Of a stretch of 29,212 bases of DNA, positions 10,825-21,190 are shown piece after piece (within the stretch, counting starts at the first letter, position 1; each line of letters starts with the position of its first letter). Under the pieces are notes generated by a model. It ran no database searches. It had not been told where the DNA came from and saw only the letters and a list, made by a program, of their open reading frames with translations. The stretch spans positions 1 through 29,212 of the forward strand of contig CBFFRP010000093.1 in assembly GCA_965644295.1 (NCBI GenBank), written 5' to 3'. This DNA is from Paraphysomonas bandaiensis. Taxonomy: Eukaryota > Protista > Chrysophyceae. Position numbers and translations under genes: made by a program.

Positions 10825-12410
10825 TGTAAAGCCGTGGGCTTTTATAACACCCTTGGTAAGTTTAATATCATAAATAATATAATCTAGTAGCAGGCTAACG
10901 CAAGATATGGAAGTAAGATTTTAGAAATAATAGTTTATTAGTTATACGGCAAAACAATCAAACGGATTTTCAACCTTCGTGGACGCGGCTTTTGTATTTC
11001 CGAAGGCTCCGGCGGTGGGAACGAACGATGCCAGTCTGGTTCGGAGGAAAGGGTCTTAGGCTTTTACGCTTTTAGTAGCTGAAGGTGCAGAGGATTTTCC
11101 CTCATAGGCCCACTCGTTCAGCTGTTTGGACTCATGGGATGCATAGTTACTTGTCCAGTGGGTTTTCCAGGAAGGTCCACAGTTGGCGGAGCGGAATTCT
11201 TTGGGTGTATATGGTTTACGAGCAGTTTTGTGGGACTTCTTGTTTGAGGAATATACCAGCCATCCGGTTTGCCATTGACTTTTCATGGTACGCGGAGTAT
11301 CGGTCATCCATTCGACGAAGGGGACTATGTCATATTCGGGCATATACAGGTATTCGGGCATGTCCGGATAATCCGATTTCCGGAGTAGGACTATTTGGCA
11401 GTTGAACAAGGCATTGGTCCCGTCTGCTGGCTCGTCTAGGTACGATGCCGGGCAGCAGCCTGGTGCGTCCGGCATATGGTCAGGATTGCCATCAAGGAAC
11501 AACTCACCATCTATGTCCAGCAGGTAGTCGGGACTGGGTCGTCGTGATGGATTCTTGAGCCTAGACAGATACTGAGATTCCGTGATTAATATTCCTACGT
11601 ATGGTATCAGCAAGCCTTTGCGGGGATTCAGGATTTGCAGATGTTTTCCCAATGTTTCGGTGTAAACTATACGTATGTTCCTCCATTGCCATACACCGTT
11701 GATTTTCTCCGGAATGGGGAGGAATTCGTAAGGTGCCATTGGACGCAGATGCAGAGGTGTCATGGGCATGTTAGTGATCTGAATATGAGTGTATTTGTAT
11801 GGTCCAGTCTAAAGTACACACTCTTGCAAGGAAATGATATTTAACCGTTCGATTGTAAGCTTTTGAACCCGATTGCATTTTGTCGGTATTATGCATGAGT
11901 TGGCGATTGTGTATTTCACGTTGTCATGAAATGTGCTTGCAATTTTTGTGGATTCGAATATTGTCATTTTGGGTGTTTGTGGCTCGAAAATCGGCGATTT
12001 TCTGCAATTCTCAAAAATTGGGGATATTTTGGGGTTTTGGGACTCAAAAATCGGAGGTTTTTGGAAAGGACCTATTTAGGCGTATTTCAGGGCGTTTTTG
12101 ACTATAAACGATGTAGGATATGAATCGTATGTAGTGTAGTACATGTATGAGCATATTGTACGGTTGTGGTTGCATTCAATGTCCTGTGTATGAGGAGGAG
12201 TCTTTAGACTAGGGGTCTGTCTTTTGTTTTGCTTGTAACTTAGTTTTAATAATAATTCTCTATGAAATTAACATAGTTGGTTGACTGATCTGTCTATTGG
12301 GAGCTTTAGATTGCAGGATACTTGGGAGCTTGTATTTCTGGCTGTTGGTTTCTTAAAGAGATATTATTATAGTTTTCTGTTTTGTTGTTTCGACAAACAA
12401 CCATTTCACA
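10825..12410. mobile_element. 1586-bp TG...CA-bounded insertion (solo-LTR-like) in Gypsy gag
   Basis: Ends are TGTAAA... and ...TTTCACA. Exact removal rejoins gag in frame (QPKITEKI|IRQGVRNATQSILEES). No 4-6 bp TSD. Confidence 0.65.
11056..11769 (-). CDS. Divergent SET-domain-like protein (237 aa)
   Basis: LGKHL..RKGLLIPYVGILIT..R..DYLLDI..LDG..ASYLDEP..NC..PFV..GWLVY follows the SET motif order; the NHS motif is replaced by DEP. Confidence 0.6.
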   Translation of the reverse strand: MPMTPLHLRPMAPYEFLPIPEKINGVWQWRNIRIVYTETLGKHLQILNPRKGLLIPYVGILITESQYLSRLKNPSRRPSPDYLLDIDGELFLDGNPDHMPDAPGCCPASYLDEPADGTNALFNCQIVLLRKSDYPDMPEYLYMPEYDIVPFVEWMTDTPRTMKSQWQTGWLVYSSNKKSHKTARKPYTPKEFRSANCGPSWKTHWTSNYASHESKQLNEWAYEGKSSAPSATKSVKA

Positions 12411-12914
12411 TATCTTTTCAGTGATCTTAGGTTGCAAGACCTGAGTTGTTCATAGAATAGCTGTCTCAATTTGTGACTGCAATAGAGCTGGATCAATGTA
12501 CTGCTCTGTATGATGATGAGTAATGGGTCCTACATTAACTTCAATACCCCTAGAAGTAGTTGACGCATCTTCATTATGAATTATATTCGATATGTCCTCC
12601 TCACGAGGTACCACTTCATCTAGACCTACAACTGAAGCTGCTGGTGAAGTCCTCCGAGATCTTATCTCTTCGACTGCTTTAAGACGTTGAGTAACTTCAA
12701 CTCGAAACTCATTGAAATTCTCCTCCTGCCTTAGCTGTTGCTGGTTAAGCTGATGCATGTCCTCCCGAAGCTGCTGATTTTGCTCCTGCAACTGCTGCTG
12801 AATATCGTCCCGAAGCTGCTGATTTTGCTGTTGAATCTCATCCCGAAGCTGCTGATTTTGCTGTTGAATCTGATTGAACATGTTAACCACATCTTGGAAG
12901 CTTTGAGGCTCCAT
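12411..12914 (-). pseudogene. Gypsy gag, N-terminal part, with QQQNQQLRD coiled-coil repeats
   Basis: ATG at 12914, 100 nt downstream of the LTR; repeated CCGAAGCTGCTGATTTTGCT; in-frame TGA at 12450-12452; the frame continues across the insertion. Confidence 0.7.
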
Positions 12915-13014
12915 GGCTCAATCACACGAAAACTAAACACACTTTTATCTCTTTGGGCTCAATATATATTAACTTGGTACAAATATACTGCTAAGCTAAG
13001 CTAAGTAATATTAC

Positions 13015-13652
13015 TGTAACTTTTCTGTGCCCGCAGATGACTCACAAACCGTGACTCAATGCTGAATGGACCAAGAAAAGATAATCTCTTGTCTAGACTC
13101 TACAACCCACCAAAATAGTATCCGCCAGCGGGCTGCGATACTGTCCAGGGCGCAACGACGGGCGCTGCCAGAAACACTAACAAACCGTAGGTGCTCTTTA
13201 AGAAAAGTAAATTATAAAGTCAGTGACAAGAATGAGCAAACACCCATCTCGTTCAACGTAGATCAACACTACACTACGATCAACACTTCACACTCGAAAA
13301 ACAACATTCACGTACTAAAACCAATATTCACATACGAAAACTTCGACTATCTATGAAATCACGTATTTTGTACTAAAACTTCGAAGTTCTGGACTTCAGT
13401 CCAAATCAAATGTGAATCGCCGTCAGAAACTGAAAAACGTATCTCAGCTACTAAACTGAAAACCTCGAATGTCGTAAACTGATAAAGGTAAGTCTCAAAT
13501 ACAGTGAATATACCCTGTATATGACAACCTCTATATGCATATGTATACCATATATATACCATATACTGCTCCAGATATATACGATATATACACACTATAT
13601 ATAGCACAGTATTCTATATACAAATACACGCAGTGTATACTGCTGCGTGACA
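13015..13652 (-). repeat. Gypsy 5' LTR (638 bp)
   Basis: Minus strand reads TGTCAC...GTTACA. It lies between the gag start and interrupted Copia coding sequence. No second copy in the window. Confidence 0.65.
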
Positions 13653-15344
13653 CTTTTGTTGTCACCCCGTGCCTCCTTCGACACTGTATTCCGCTGAGCT
13701 TCTGCTGTGCGGCGAGGCCTTGCCTCCTTTTCATTTGAGTAGGGTCCTCTCAAATGGCTGTGACTCCCGCCCTGTGTGGCGTCATGACGGCTATCGGTTG
13801 AACTGCTCCTCCCTGGAGCTGTTCCTTCTACGGGGCATCCTGGTTCCTCTTGCGGGGGTGATACCGCGTTCTGATAACTAAAGTGCTAGGCGGTGTACCT
13901 TTCGATGTCCGTAGCGTGTATTGGGTCGTTTAACTTGATGACCCGCCCTTCATTTTCTCGTGGGGCCAATCCTCTGTAAGCAGCCACGTGGCCTCTGATG
14001 ACTGTGATTCTTGTCGTGATGTATTGGAGGCCATCCTGTGGATCTGTGTGGGTCATTCCAACGAGGTATTGGAAGCTCTCGGCTGTTCGATTCTCTGAAT
14101 TTTCTTCTCTCAGTGATGATTCAATTTCAGCATAGTAGTTTTCTTTGACGTCGGGGATGCACTCATTGAAAAAGACGTGACTTGAGATTACAAAAAGTCC
14201 TTGATGAGTGAAGGTACATATATGACGTACCCTGGTCCATCCTCTCGGTATCCCATATGAAGTACCCAATATGGCTGTGTGGAGACCAATCGTTTCTTCT
14301 CTGAGACTTGTCTATGAATGTATGGCATTTGCAGCCCCAAATCCTGGCGTAAGATAAATCGGGAGCCTCGTCGTGGATGAACTGATGATACGGTGATATG
14401 AATCCCTTTGAAGTGGCGCATGGCAGGCGATTTGTCATATGCGTGACGGTGGACATGATGGCCTGTTCCCAGAAGTTGAGTGGTAGGCCTGAGTTGCAAA
14501 TGGATGCAAGCGTTCTTTCCTTGGTCGTGCGCCATGGTCGTTCTTGAATGGGATTGTATTCAGGCGTGTATATATATGGGGCGTTGAAGGGCCAGGTTGA
14601 TCCTAATTTTCTCAGCAAGTTCAGTACACGATGTGATACTAGCTCACGGCCACCATCAGCATGATAGTGTAGTAGCCGTTTGCCTTTCGAATGCAGATAA
14701 TCCATAATTTTCTGAATGCACTCAATGACAAAATCCTTGGTTCTGTGTTTTCCATAGAATGTCCAACTGTATCTTGAAGCTGCATCGGTAGCTCCGAAGA
14801 CTACGGTGTTTCCTGTGACTAATCGCTGGAGGTGAAAATGGTCCAGTAAAATCAACTACTATAAGTCCTCCAAGCTCCTGCGATCTTCTGTTTTTTGTCG
14901 GTATCATTTGCCTTGTCTCGCGCCTATGTTTCCTCCTGTGAACCTTGCCTTCTTGTGCGCAGCCATCACAAAGGCCTTCTGGTAGCTGTGGCGAGCTCAG
15001 GTCGGATTTTGATATAGTGATTCCTTTTACAAGATTCAACTTTAGTGCTTTTTGAATTAAGCCAATGGATGTGTGGGTCAACCTTCGATGTGCCAGGGAA
15101 ATTGAGGAACCGCTTGATGTTGATGCCAAGTTGCACTGGTCTTGGATGTAACCTAAATCGGATAATTTGACCTCGTATAGACCGTTTTGTTTCCTGGCTG
15201 TGGTTAACAAAATTCCATCGTGGTATATGCGTGCCTCGTTTTGTCCGAATACTATATGTTGCAGTTGGCGTCTGTTGTCAACTGTCTGATAGAAATTAAA
15301 GTCTTTGACGCATCTGGGCTAATCTGCACTTTCTGATCAGTCCT
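13653..15344 (-). pseudogene. Copia pol fragments: protease C-terminus, pre-integrase, integrase core and C-terminal domain
   Basis: HRRLTH..CDGC, VDFTGP, HADGGREL, TPEYNPIQER, GYFMGY (frameshifted) and SHVFFNE. Confidence 0.88.
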
Positions 15345-15437
15345 TCTTCAATATTAGATTTTAGCCCAGATGCGTCAAAGACTTTAATTTCTATCAGACA
15401 GTTGTTGACAACAGACGCCAACTGCAACATAGTATTC
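15247..15437. repeat. Foldback inverted repeat (76/77-bp arms, 38-nt spacer)
   Basis: 15247-15322 is the reverse complement of 15361-15437 apart from one 2-nt and one 3-nt indel. Confidence 0.95.
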
Positions 15438-16005
15438 AGCAGGAGAAGACGATTTTATCGTTGACGGAAATGGTGAGGCATCAACAGGAACAAATTGATG
15501 CCCTCATTGCCAAAGAACGAGTTCGCCCTGCCGATACTTCTAAGCCGAACTGCTCGCGAAAGAGGAGCGTTCATGATGATGAAGATTCAATAACTTCCGA
15601 AGCCGACGAGGAGGACTACAGAAGTAAGAAGAATAAATCAAGACGACGAAAGAGGAGAACGAAGGGATTGAAGAAATTTGTTGATGAAGGTACTCTTGTT
15701 ATGCTTGCTCAGCAAAATTCAGTAATTGATGATAACTGCAAAATGAAAAAAGAAATTAACCGTTTGCGTTTCTTGCAATCATAAGTTTAATGAGTATTGT
15801 CTATTGTATTTTGCATGCAACAATAACAATAAAGTAATAAACTTGTTAAGCACCTAAAAACAGCTTGATAATATTACCTTACTTTTATCAACATCCCAGC
15901 TGTTGTATATCCTTTTTTCATCTTAAAATATGTATAGTCAACTAGAAATCATTAATGAAAATATTTGGGAAATTTTTTTTCCCAAGTTTGAAAATAGTTT
16001 GCTTC
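15438..16005 (+). mobile_element. One-ended foreign fragment (3' end of a gene plus hairpin terminus) inserted in Copia protease
   Basis: ORF tail 15461-15784, AT-rich trailer, hairpin TTGGGAAA..TTTCCCAA at 15965-15985. The Copia reading GYGKL|GLIR rejoins across 15345-16005. Confidence 0.55.
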
Positions 16006-17245
16006 TAGCTTGCCGTAGCCCAATGCCTGAATTTCTGATCATGATTTGGCGGTGTAGATGGTGGTTTGGTCATAAGTGAATTCGGAGAGTAAGCTTCGTG
16101 CTGCTGTAATTGATATATTGTGCAGCCGGAGTCTAGAATGCCGAAGTCCTGCTTTTCTCGTGTACCGTACGTAGAACGTGATTGTCTGTGATCATCCCAG
16201 AGAATGCACTGTAGTCATTGTCATCGTTTGGCCCCTCATCGTCATAGTCTTCCAGTCTTGAGTTCGAATCCCGATGACTGTTTCTTGGGTATTTTGATGA
16301 TGTGTTCTTGGAGTGATGCCCTTTCCCTCTTTTGTCGTCGTTTCGTTTGTTTGTGGACTTCTGCATCTGTTGGATATGTGTTCCCAAGAGTGCTTACTTG
16401 CACTCTGCTGCAATGTGGTTGGATCCATTGCATCTGAAACACTTGACTTCACGCGACTTTGCACTTGTAGCTCTGGACTTATTGAATTTCTTGTGTTTTG
16501 TTGGATTTCGCTGCCCGTTGTGCTTTTGCTTTTTCGATAGACGGGGGTTAAACGGCTGTTTGCCTGTTGAGCTGTAGTTTGCGCTATCCCGTTTGGTTTC
16601 CGTATTTTGTGATAATAGGGAGCCTAATAGGGAGCCTACAGTGGAATGCTCGAATGCTCTCAGTATTCTTATCAGCGTTTTATAATCATCAATTGGGTTC
16701 ATTTGGAGGTTGATTGCCAGGTCCTTATAGGTCTGGTTTTCATTTGAGACCATCCCTTGTCGTATTCTTGAAATGAGGTCTTGTTCGGAGACTTTGTGGC
16801 CGTGTGTAGCGAGCTTTAATCGCAATTTTTTGACTTCGTCCAGAAATTGATTGATTGTTTGAGCTTGCTTGATTTTGATTGATTGCAGTTGGCCAATGAG
16901 GTCGGTTATCGTATCATTTGAGGTCTTGTCTTTGAAATGCTTTTCGATCTCTGACCATGCCCTTTTTCCATCTCCTTCAGGGACTGTTTCGATAATACCC
17001 TCTGCTTCCTCGTTTTGACCAATCACCGCACTGGATAGAATTGTTGCCCTCCTCGAAATACTGCATATTTTCGTCGTAGGCGTTTTTTCTGTATAGGTAG
17101 TCCTCTTCTGATTCTTCCTCTTGACGTATGGGCTCCTCTGGGGCATCGTTTCTTAGGATGTATACTATCTTGGCCCTACTTACGAAAGAACTAGGCCCTA
17201 CTTTTCTTTTGCATTGAGAAGTTCTTGGCGTCGAAGGGTGGCATG
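16006..17245 (-). pseudogene. Copia gag and protease N-terminus (frameshifted)
   Basis: DGKRAWSEIEKHF, zinc knuckle CFRCNGSNHIAAEC and ILDSGCT. Confidence 0.88.
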
Positions 17246-17285
17246 GAATCCTTCCTCTTGTCCGATGAGTCGGAGTTATCGTAAC

Positions 17286-17590
17286 TGTTAGTCTTAGAAC
17301 TCATCCGCTGCCAAAATAAGATTTAAGGTTAGTATTGGTATTTAATAAGGGTATTATACTTGATATTATTAGAGACAAATATTGAACGATGAGGCCTAAA
17401 AAGTGTAATAGCAGGACACGTTTGAGCAAAGTGTTAGCACCACACACATGTGCGTATCTTGTACAGTCGCGTATCGTGTATAGTTTGGTAAGTATTCAGT
17501 CTATTTGGTATTTCATTGTATACGTGTGTTGTATTCACGCGTTAAGGGATATACGTGAATCAATGACTCCTAATAAACTATAAACGAACA
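17286..17590 (-). repeat. Copia 5' LTR (305 bp)
   Basis: Minus strand reads TGTTCG...CTAACA, immediately upstream of gag. No second copy in the window. Confidence 0.65.
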
Positions 17591-18091
17591 CTCGGTGAAG
17601 CAAACTTATGGTAAGCGCGAGAAAAGTTTTTCAATTGGGGCCTCTTTTCAGTGAAAGCTACAATAATATATAGTAACTTATTCCGAAATACTATTCATAG
17701 TAATTAGGTATTATATTATTTATAATATTATTATGCAGGTATGAAATATTTAGATTTTATTATAAGTGGGGTTTTGCGTCTAATACGTTTTACGAGGTGT
17801 CTCTACCACCTTGAAAACTTATCTTTTGATTGTAGCGCACTCCATCCTCGGGACTATTCAGGGACTCTAGCAATGTTTCAGATTTTTACAATTAGAAACG
17901 TCAGACTGACAAAAGAACGACTTACTTTCCAGAATAATACCATTGATATTATTAGAGAGAAACAGCAAAATGTGGGCCGATGATTTGACAATGACTATGT
18001 ATCAGATATAATACCACATATTAGCTTTATGTGCATCACAATATAAACATTCAATACTATTCACAGCGAAAGTAAAACTCTACCGATTGTG

Positions 18092-19396
18092 TTAAGCGGG
18101 GCCATTTATAGCTGCCTCAATGTCACTATTGTTTACGCACGGATCATTGAACTCAGATATCGCACGAGCAGGTCTAACACCTTCTGTACTACCCTCATCT
18201 GTTTCCATTTTCCTGTGCTCGTACCCTTTTACAATTCCGTCCAGCTCTGAGTACAGCGCGTCCAGCATCTCTATCAAACTGCGCTCGATGGAGTCATCCT
18301 CGTATATATCCTGCTGATTTTGAGTAGCTGTTGATACAGGAGGGGTTTCTTGTGCAACTAGGTAAGCTGTTATGCCTGGGCTACGTGATGGCGTAGCTCC
18401 ACGGGATGATACCACTGACTCTTCTTCTTCAACGTCTCCACAAGTGCCGAGGATACAGTCCATGCGCGCGAATTCTCTCCGCAGCACCGAGTTCCTCCTG
18501 CTTTGCCGCCTGAAGTTATTTAATAACATATCATCCTCGTCTTCATCTTCTAATTCACCAGGGGTCAATGGGATTGCATGAGTATCCGGGGAAGGACTTT
18601 CATTCGTGCGGTGAGCTGGTTTACAAGGAAGTGGGGATGCTCCAACGGACCCATCTGAGATACTGAACCCTTCATCATCATTGCCTTCGTCCTGTTCTAT
18701 GGAATGTCCTCGCTCGTTCGGAATACTGCCACCACTGCGAATAAATTCATTCAGAATATGAAGCACATCAGTGCGCTGTAGGAACTCCTGTATCTGATGA
18801 ATGGCAGCTACGTAACGTGTATCATTCGCTTCTCCGAAGCACTCAACTGCTTCTCGCAGTAAGTTCATTACCTCAAGAACGAGATGATGCGAAGGTTCTG
18901 ACACAAACTTCGCTTCCAAGCTGTTCACTACGTCCAACAAATTCTGCGCTGTGGCAATGTTGAGCGCGCGGTTCCGAGAAGTGTGTGAAATAAGTGACAT
19001 GCCCCGATCAGTCATGTGTTGTTTGATTAGAGCTACGCATTCACTGCAGTTTACAATACTGTATTGCTTGATAATATCATTTCGGAAATACAGTGTTATC
19101 ATTTCCCCTCTCTTAAATTTGACTTTTATGAGATTCGAGAGCTCGAAACATTCCTGAGCAGTCAGTTTGTTCGGTTTCAGTGTATTACTATGAAGCTCTG
19201 AGATCTGATTAGTGCTAACGCCAATAAAATATCTCTTATGTAGACCAGGAATGTAAAGCTTTTGTTGCTTCTCTAACTCAAAGAGCTTTCCATTGAAGTC
19301 GTCCTTAACAATGTCTGTTCCAGCAGTTAATACACCGCTACTGACCTCAGAGCCCCTCTTCTTCTTCGACGACACCATTGAAGACAACTTCTCCAT
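18092..19396 (-). CDS. Hypothetical protein, 434 aa (possible N-terminal PH-like fold, helical domain, acidic disordered tail)
   Basis: Long open ATG-initiated ORF with protein-like composition; the fold assignment is tentative. Confidence 0.8.
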   Translation of the reverse strand: MEKLSSMVSSKKKRGSEVSSGVLTAGTDIVKDDFNGKLFELEKQQKLYIPGLHKRYFIGVSTNQISELHSNTLKPNKLTAQECFELSNLIKVKFKRGEMITLYFRNDIIKQYSIVNCSECVALIKQHMTDRGMSLISHTSRNRALNIATAQNLLDVVNSLEAKFVSEPSHHLVLEVMNLLREAVECFGEANDTRYVAAIHQIQEFLQRTDVLHILNEFIRSGGSIPNERGHSIEQDEGNDDEGFSISDGSVGASPLPCKPAHRTNESPSPDTHAIPLTPGELEDEDEDDMLLNNFRRQSRRNSVLRREFARMDCILGTCGDVEEEESVVSSRGATPSRSPGITAYLVAQETPPVSTATQNQQDIYEDDSIERSLIEMLDALYSELDGIVKGYEHRKMETDEGSTEGVRPARAISEFNDPCVNNSDIEAAINGPA

Positions 19397-21054
19397 AGAA
19401 ACAGTTGTGAAACTAATACAGATTCGTCTTTGACGAAGAGGAGAGAGAGCTAGTTGCGAATTGAATCCACACTGGCGGAGGGATGATGATGTGATGTGAT
19501 ACTGCTGCTGCTGCTGTCAGTGAGGTGGGTTGTCGCAACTGTTCAGACATGCAAACAACCATAATACGGGAATACCACTGGAATACAGAGGAAGCAAGCA
19601 CAGACAGACCTCTCTGTGGATCTCTATACACATCAAATCGTAATAAGGTACTTGTTGAGTGGAAGCAGGCCTTGTGCGATAAAAAGGAATGGTTGGTAAT
19701 GTACACTGCTCTCAATCGTGCATTCAAGACCAATCCATCTGGTCGAGGACTTTGGATTGGATGCAGATGATGACAGCGGGCTACGGACTTGGGTGACATT
19801 AATCGGCATCATTGAGGTCCAAATTCGTAACTTTAAAAACTACGGAGCGGATGTCTTTCTATCACAGTACGCAGCGTCCAGGTAAAGCGATAGCAGAGTT
19901 TGATAAACGGATGTATTCGACTGTTGAAGGGGACCTACTTCATCAAATGTACGAATAGTTCTCAGACACCAGTCGTTCCCCTAGGTTAAGCAGTAGGTCA
20001 CCCTAATGCTGTTGAAAACCTACTATTTAGTACGTATAATATACTTGTAGCTTGCTGGTAGAGGAAATCGCTATATAAATTGAAAAATTAAAGTATCAAT
20101 TGCATCTACACAATAAGGGAATGGCAACTGTGCTAAACTAAATCGAAACAATAGCTTCAACAACTGTACCTCTATACCGCAGAAGGATGTTGAGGGAATG
20201 ACAACTGCGAGGTATTGAAACTCTTGCAAGTGCATGTGATGTTTCTACGAATGTGCTAAATCGCAGTCGCATGTGGATTTTTATTGTCACTTGCATCATC
20301 ATCACAACTATGAACAATAAGCTTAACTTTTGCCAGTGCAACTCACTCGGACGCTTTTATCTTTATAGCGATTGCAGAATCTATATGACTCTGTACAGTT
20401 TTGTCCCTCCTGTGCTTAGATATTGTGTACATTTACTTCAACTGCAGTCCGCATGAGCCATCATTGGACATGTTTGTCGAGGAGTCCAATGTCCTGTCGT
20501 GTACATTACGCAACACGACTGTGCTTTAAACTCGCGAGGACCTCATACTCTAGAAATAGCAGTTGTCAATATTCTCCAGCTCTCTGCAGCCAAAGAAATG
20601 AATCAAGAACGCAGTCGTCTCTACATTACCACACCCATAGGGCCACATAGACTTCTCCCCAGAACACGTCAGTGGCGTAACAACCCACAACAGAAGCGTA
20701 GAAACACACGACGGAAACCGTTGGTTCTTTTCTCACTAGGAAACCTCTCTAAGTCTCTCCCTACATGTCTACCTCTCCTACAATCCCTGAACACCTGCAC
20801 AAGTGGAAACACCACGATGCAAGCTCCGCCAGCTATTTCTTTGCCCCAGGCCTAACTCGCGGCCCTCGCCATATCCAGACACGACGGCGCCCCAATTCAT
20901 GTATCTCAGGCTAGGTACACTGGACTCACTAATTCAGAATCCTCTGTCTCAAGTCCTGCAGAGCCCTACCACAAGGGACGCCCCCCCTAACCCTATCTGC
21001 ACTTCAAGGAGTGACGTCCATAGAGAGTTTCCCTCTAACATACAAGAAAGTAAG

Positions 21055-21190
21055 TGGTCACACCTTGATACTCCCGACGACGCACAAGCATCTTTCGAAG
21101 CGTTTTATATATATTATAGTAGGATATGAGAACTGATTCTAGTTAGTTACTGGTAGATGTCTATCTAGCTTGACTAGATTTCATCTAGCT
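21055..21190 (-). repeat. Dispersed repeat terminus, copy 1
   Basis: Its reverse complement aligns with 28310-28440 (CTAGTCAAGCTAGATAGAC.TCTACC.GTAACTAACTAGA ... TGTGCGTCG ... CAAGGTG). Confidence 0.85.

Larger units (their letters stand above)
8647..13652 (-). mobile_element. Ty3/Gypsy LTR retrotransposon, 5' part (LTR, gag, protease, start of RT)
   Basis: Order is LTR, gag, aspartic protease (FDSGASSNNFIS), then RT N-terminus (YRPSTSPYASP). Protease followed directly by RT is the Gypsy order. Confidence 0.85.
13653..17590 (-). mobile_element. Degenerate Ty1/Copia LTR retrotransposon, 5' part (LTR, gag, protease, integrase)
   Basis: Order is gag (CCHC), protease (ILDSGCT, ~16120-16140), GAG-pre-integrase, integrase, with many frameshifts. 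RT/RNase H are absent from the window. Confidence 0.9.

Noticed and set aside
12738-13004. Leu-rich membrane-like ORF
   Set aside because: Antisense shadow of the Gln-rich gag repeat.
15345-16008. Helitron (TC start, hairpin, CTAG end)
   Set aside because: No A|T target site, and the CTAG is needed to rebuild the Copia protease frame (GKL-G).
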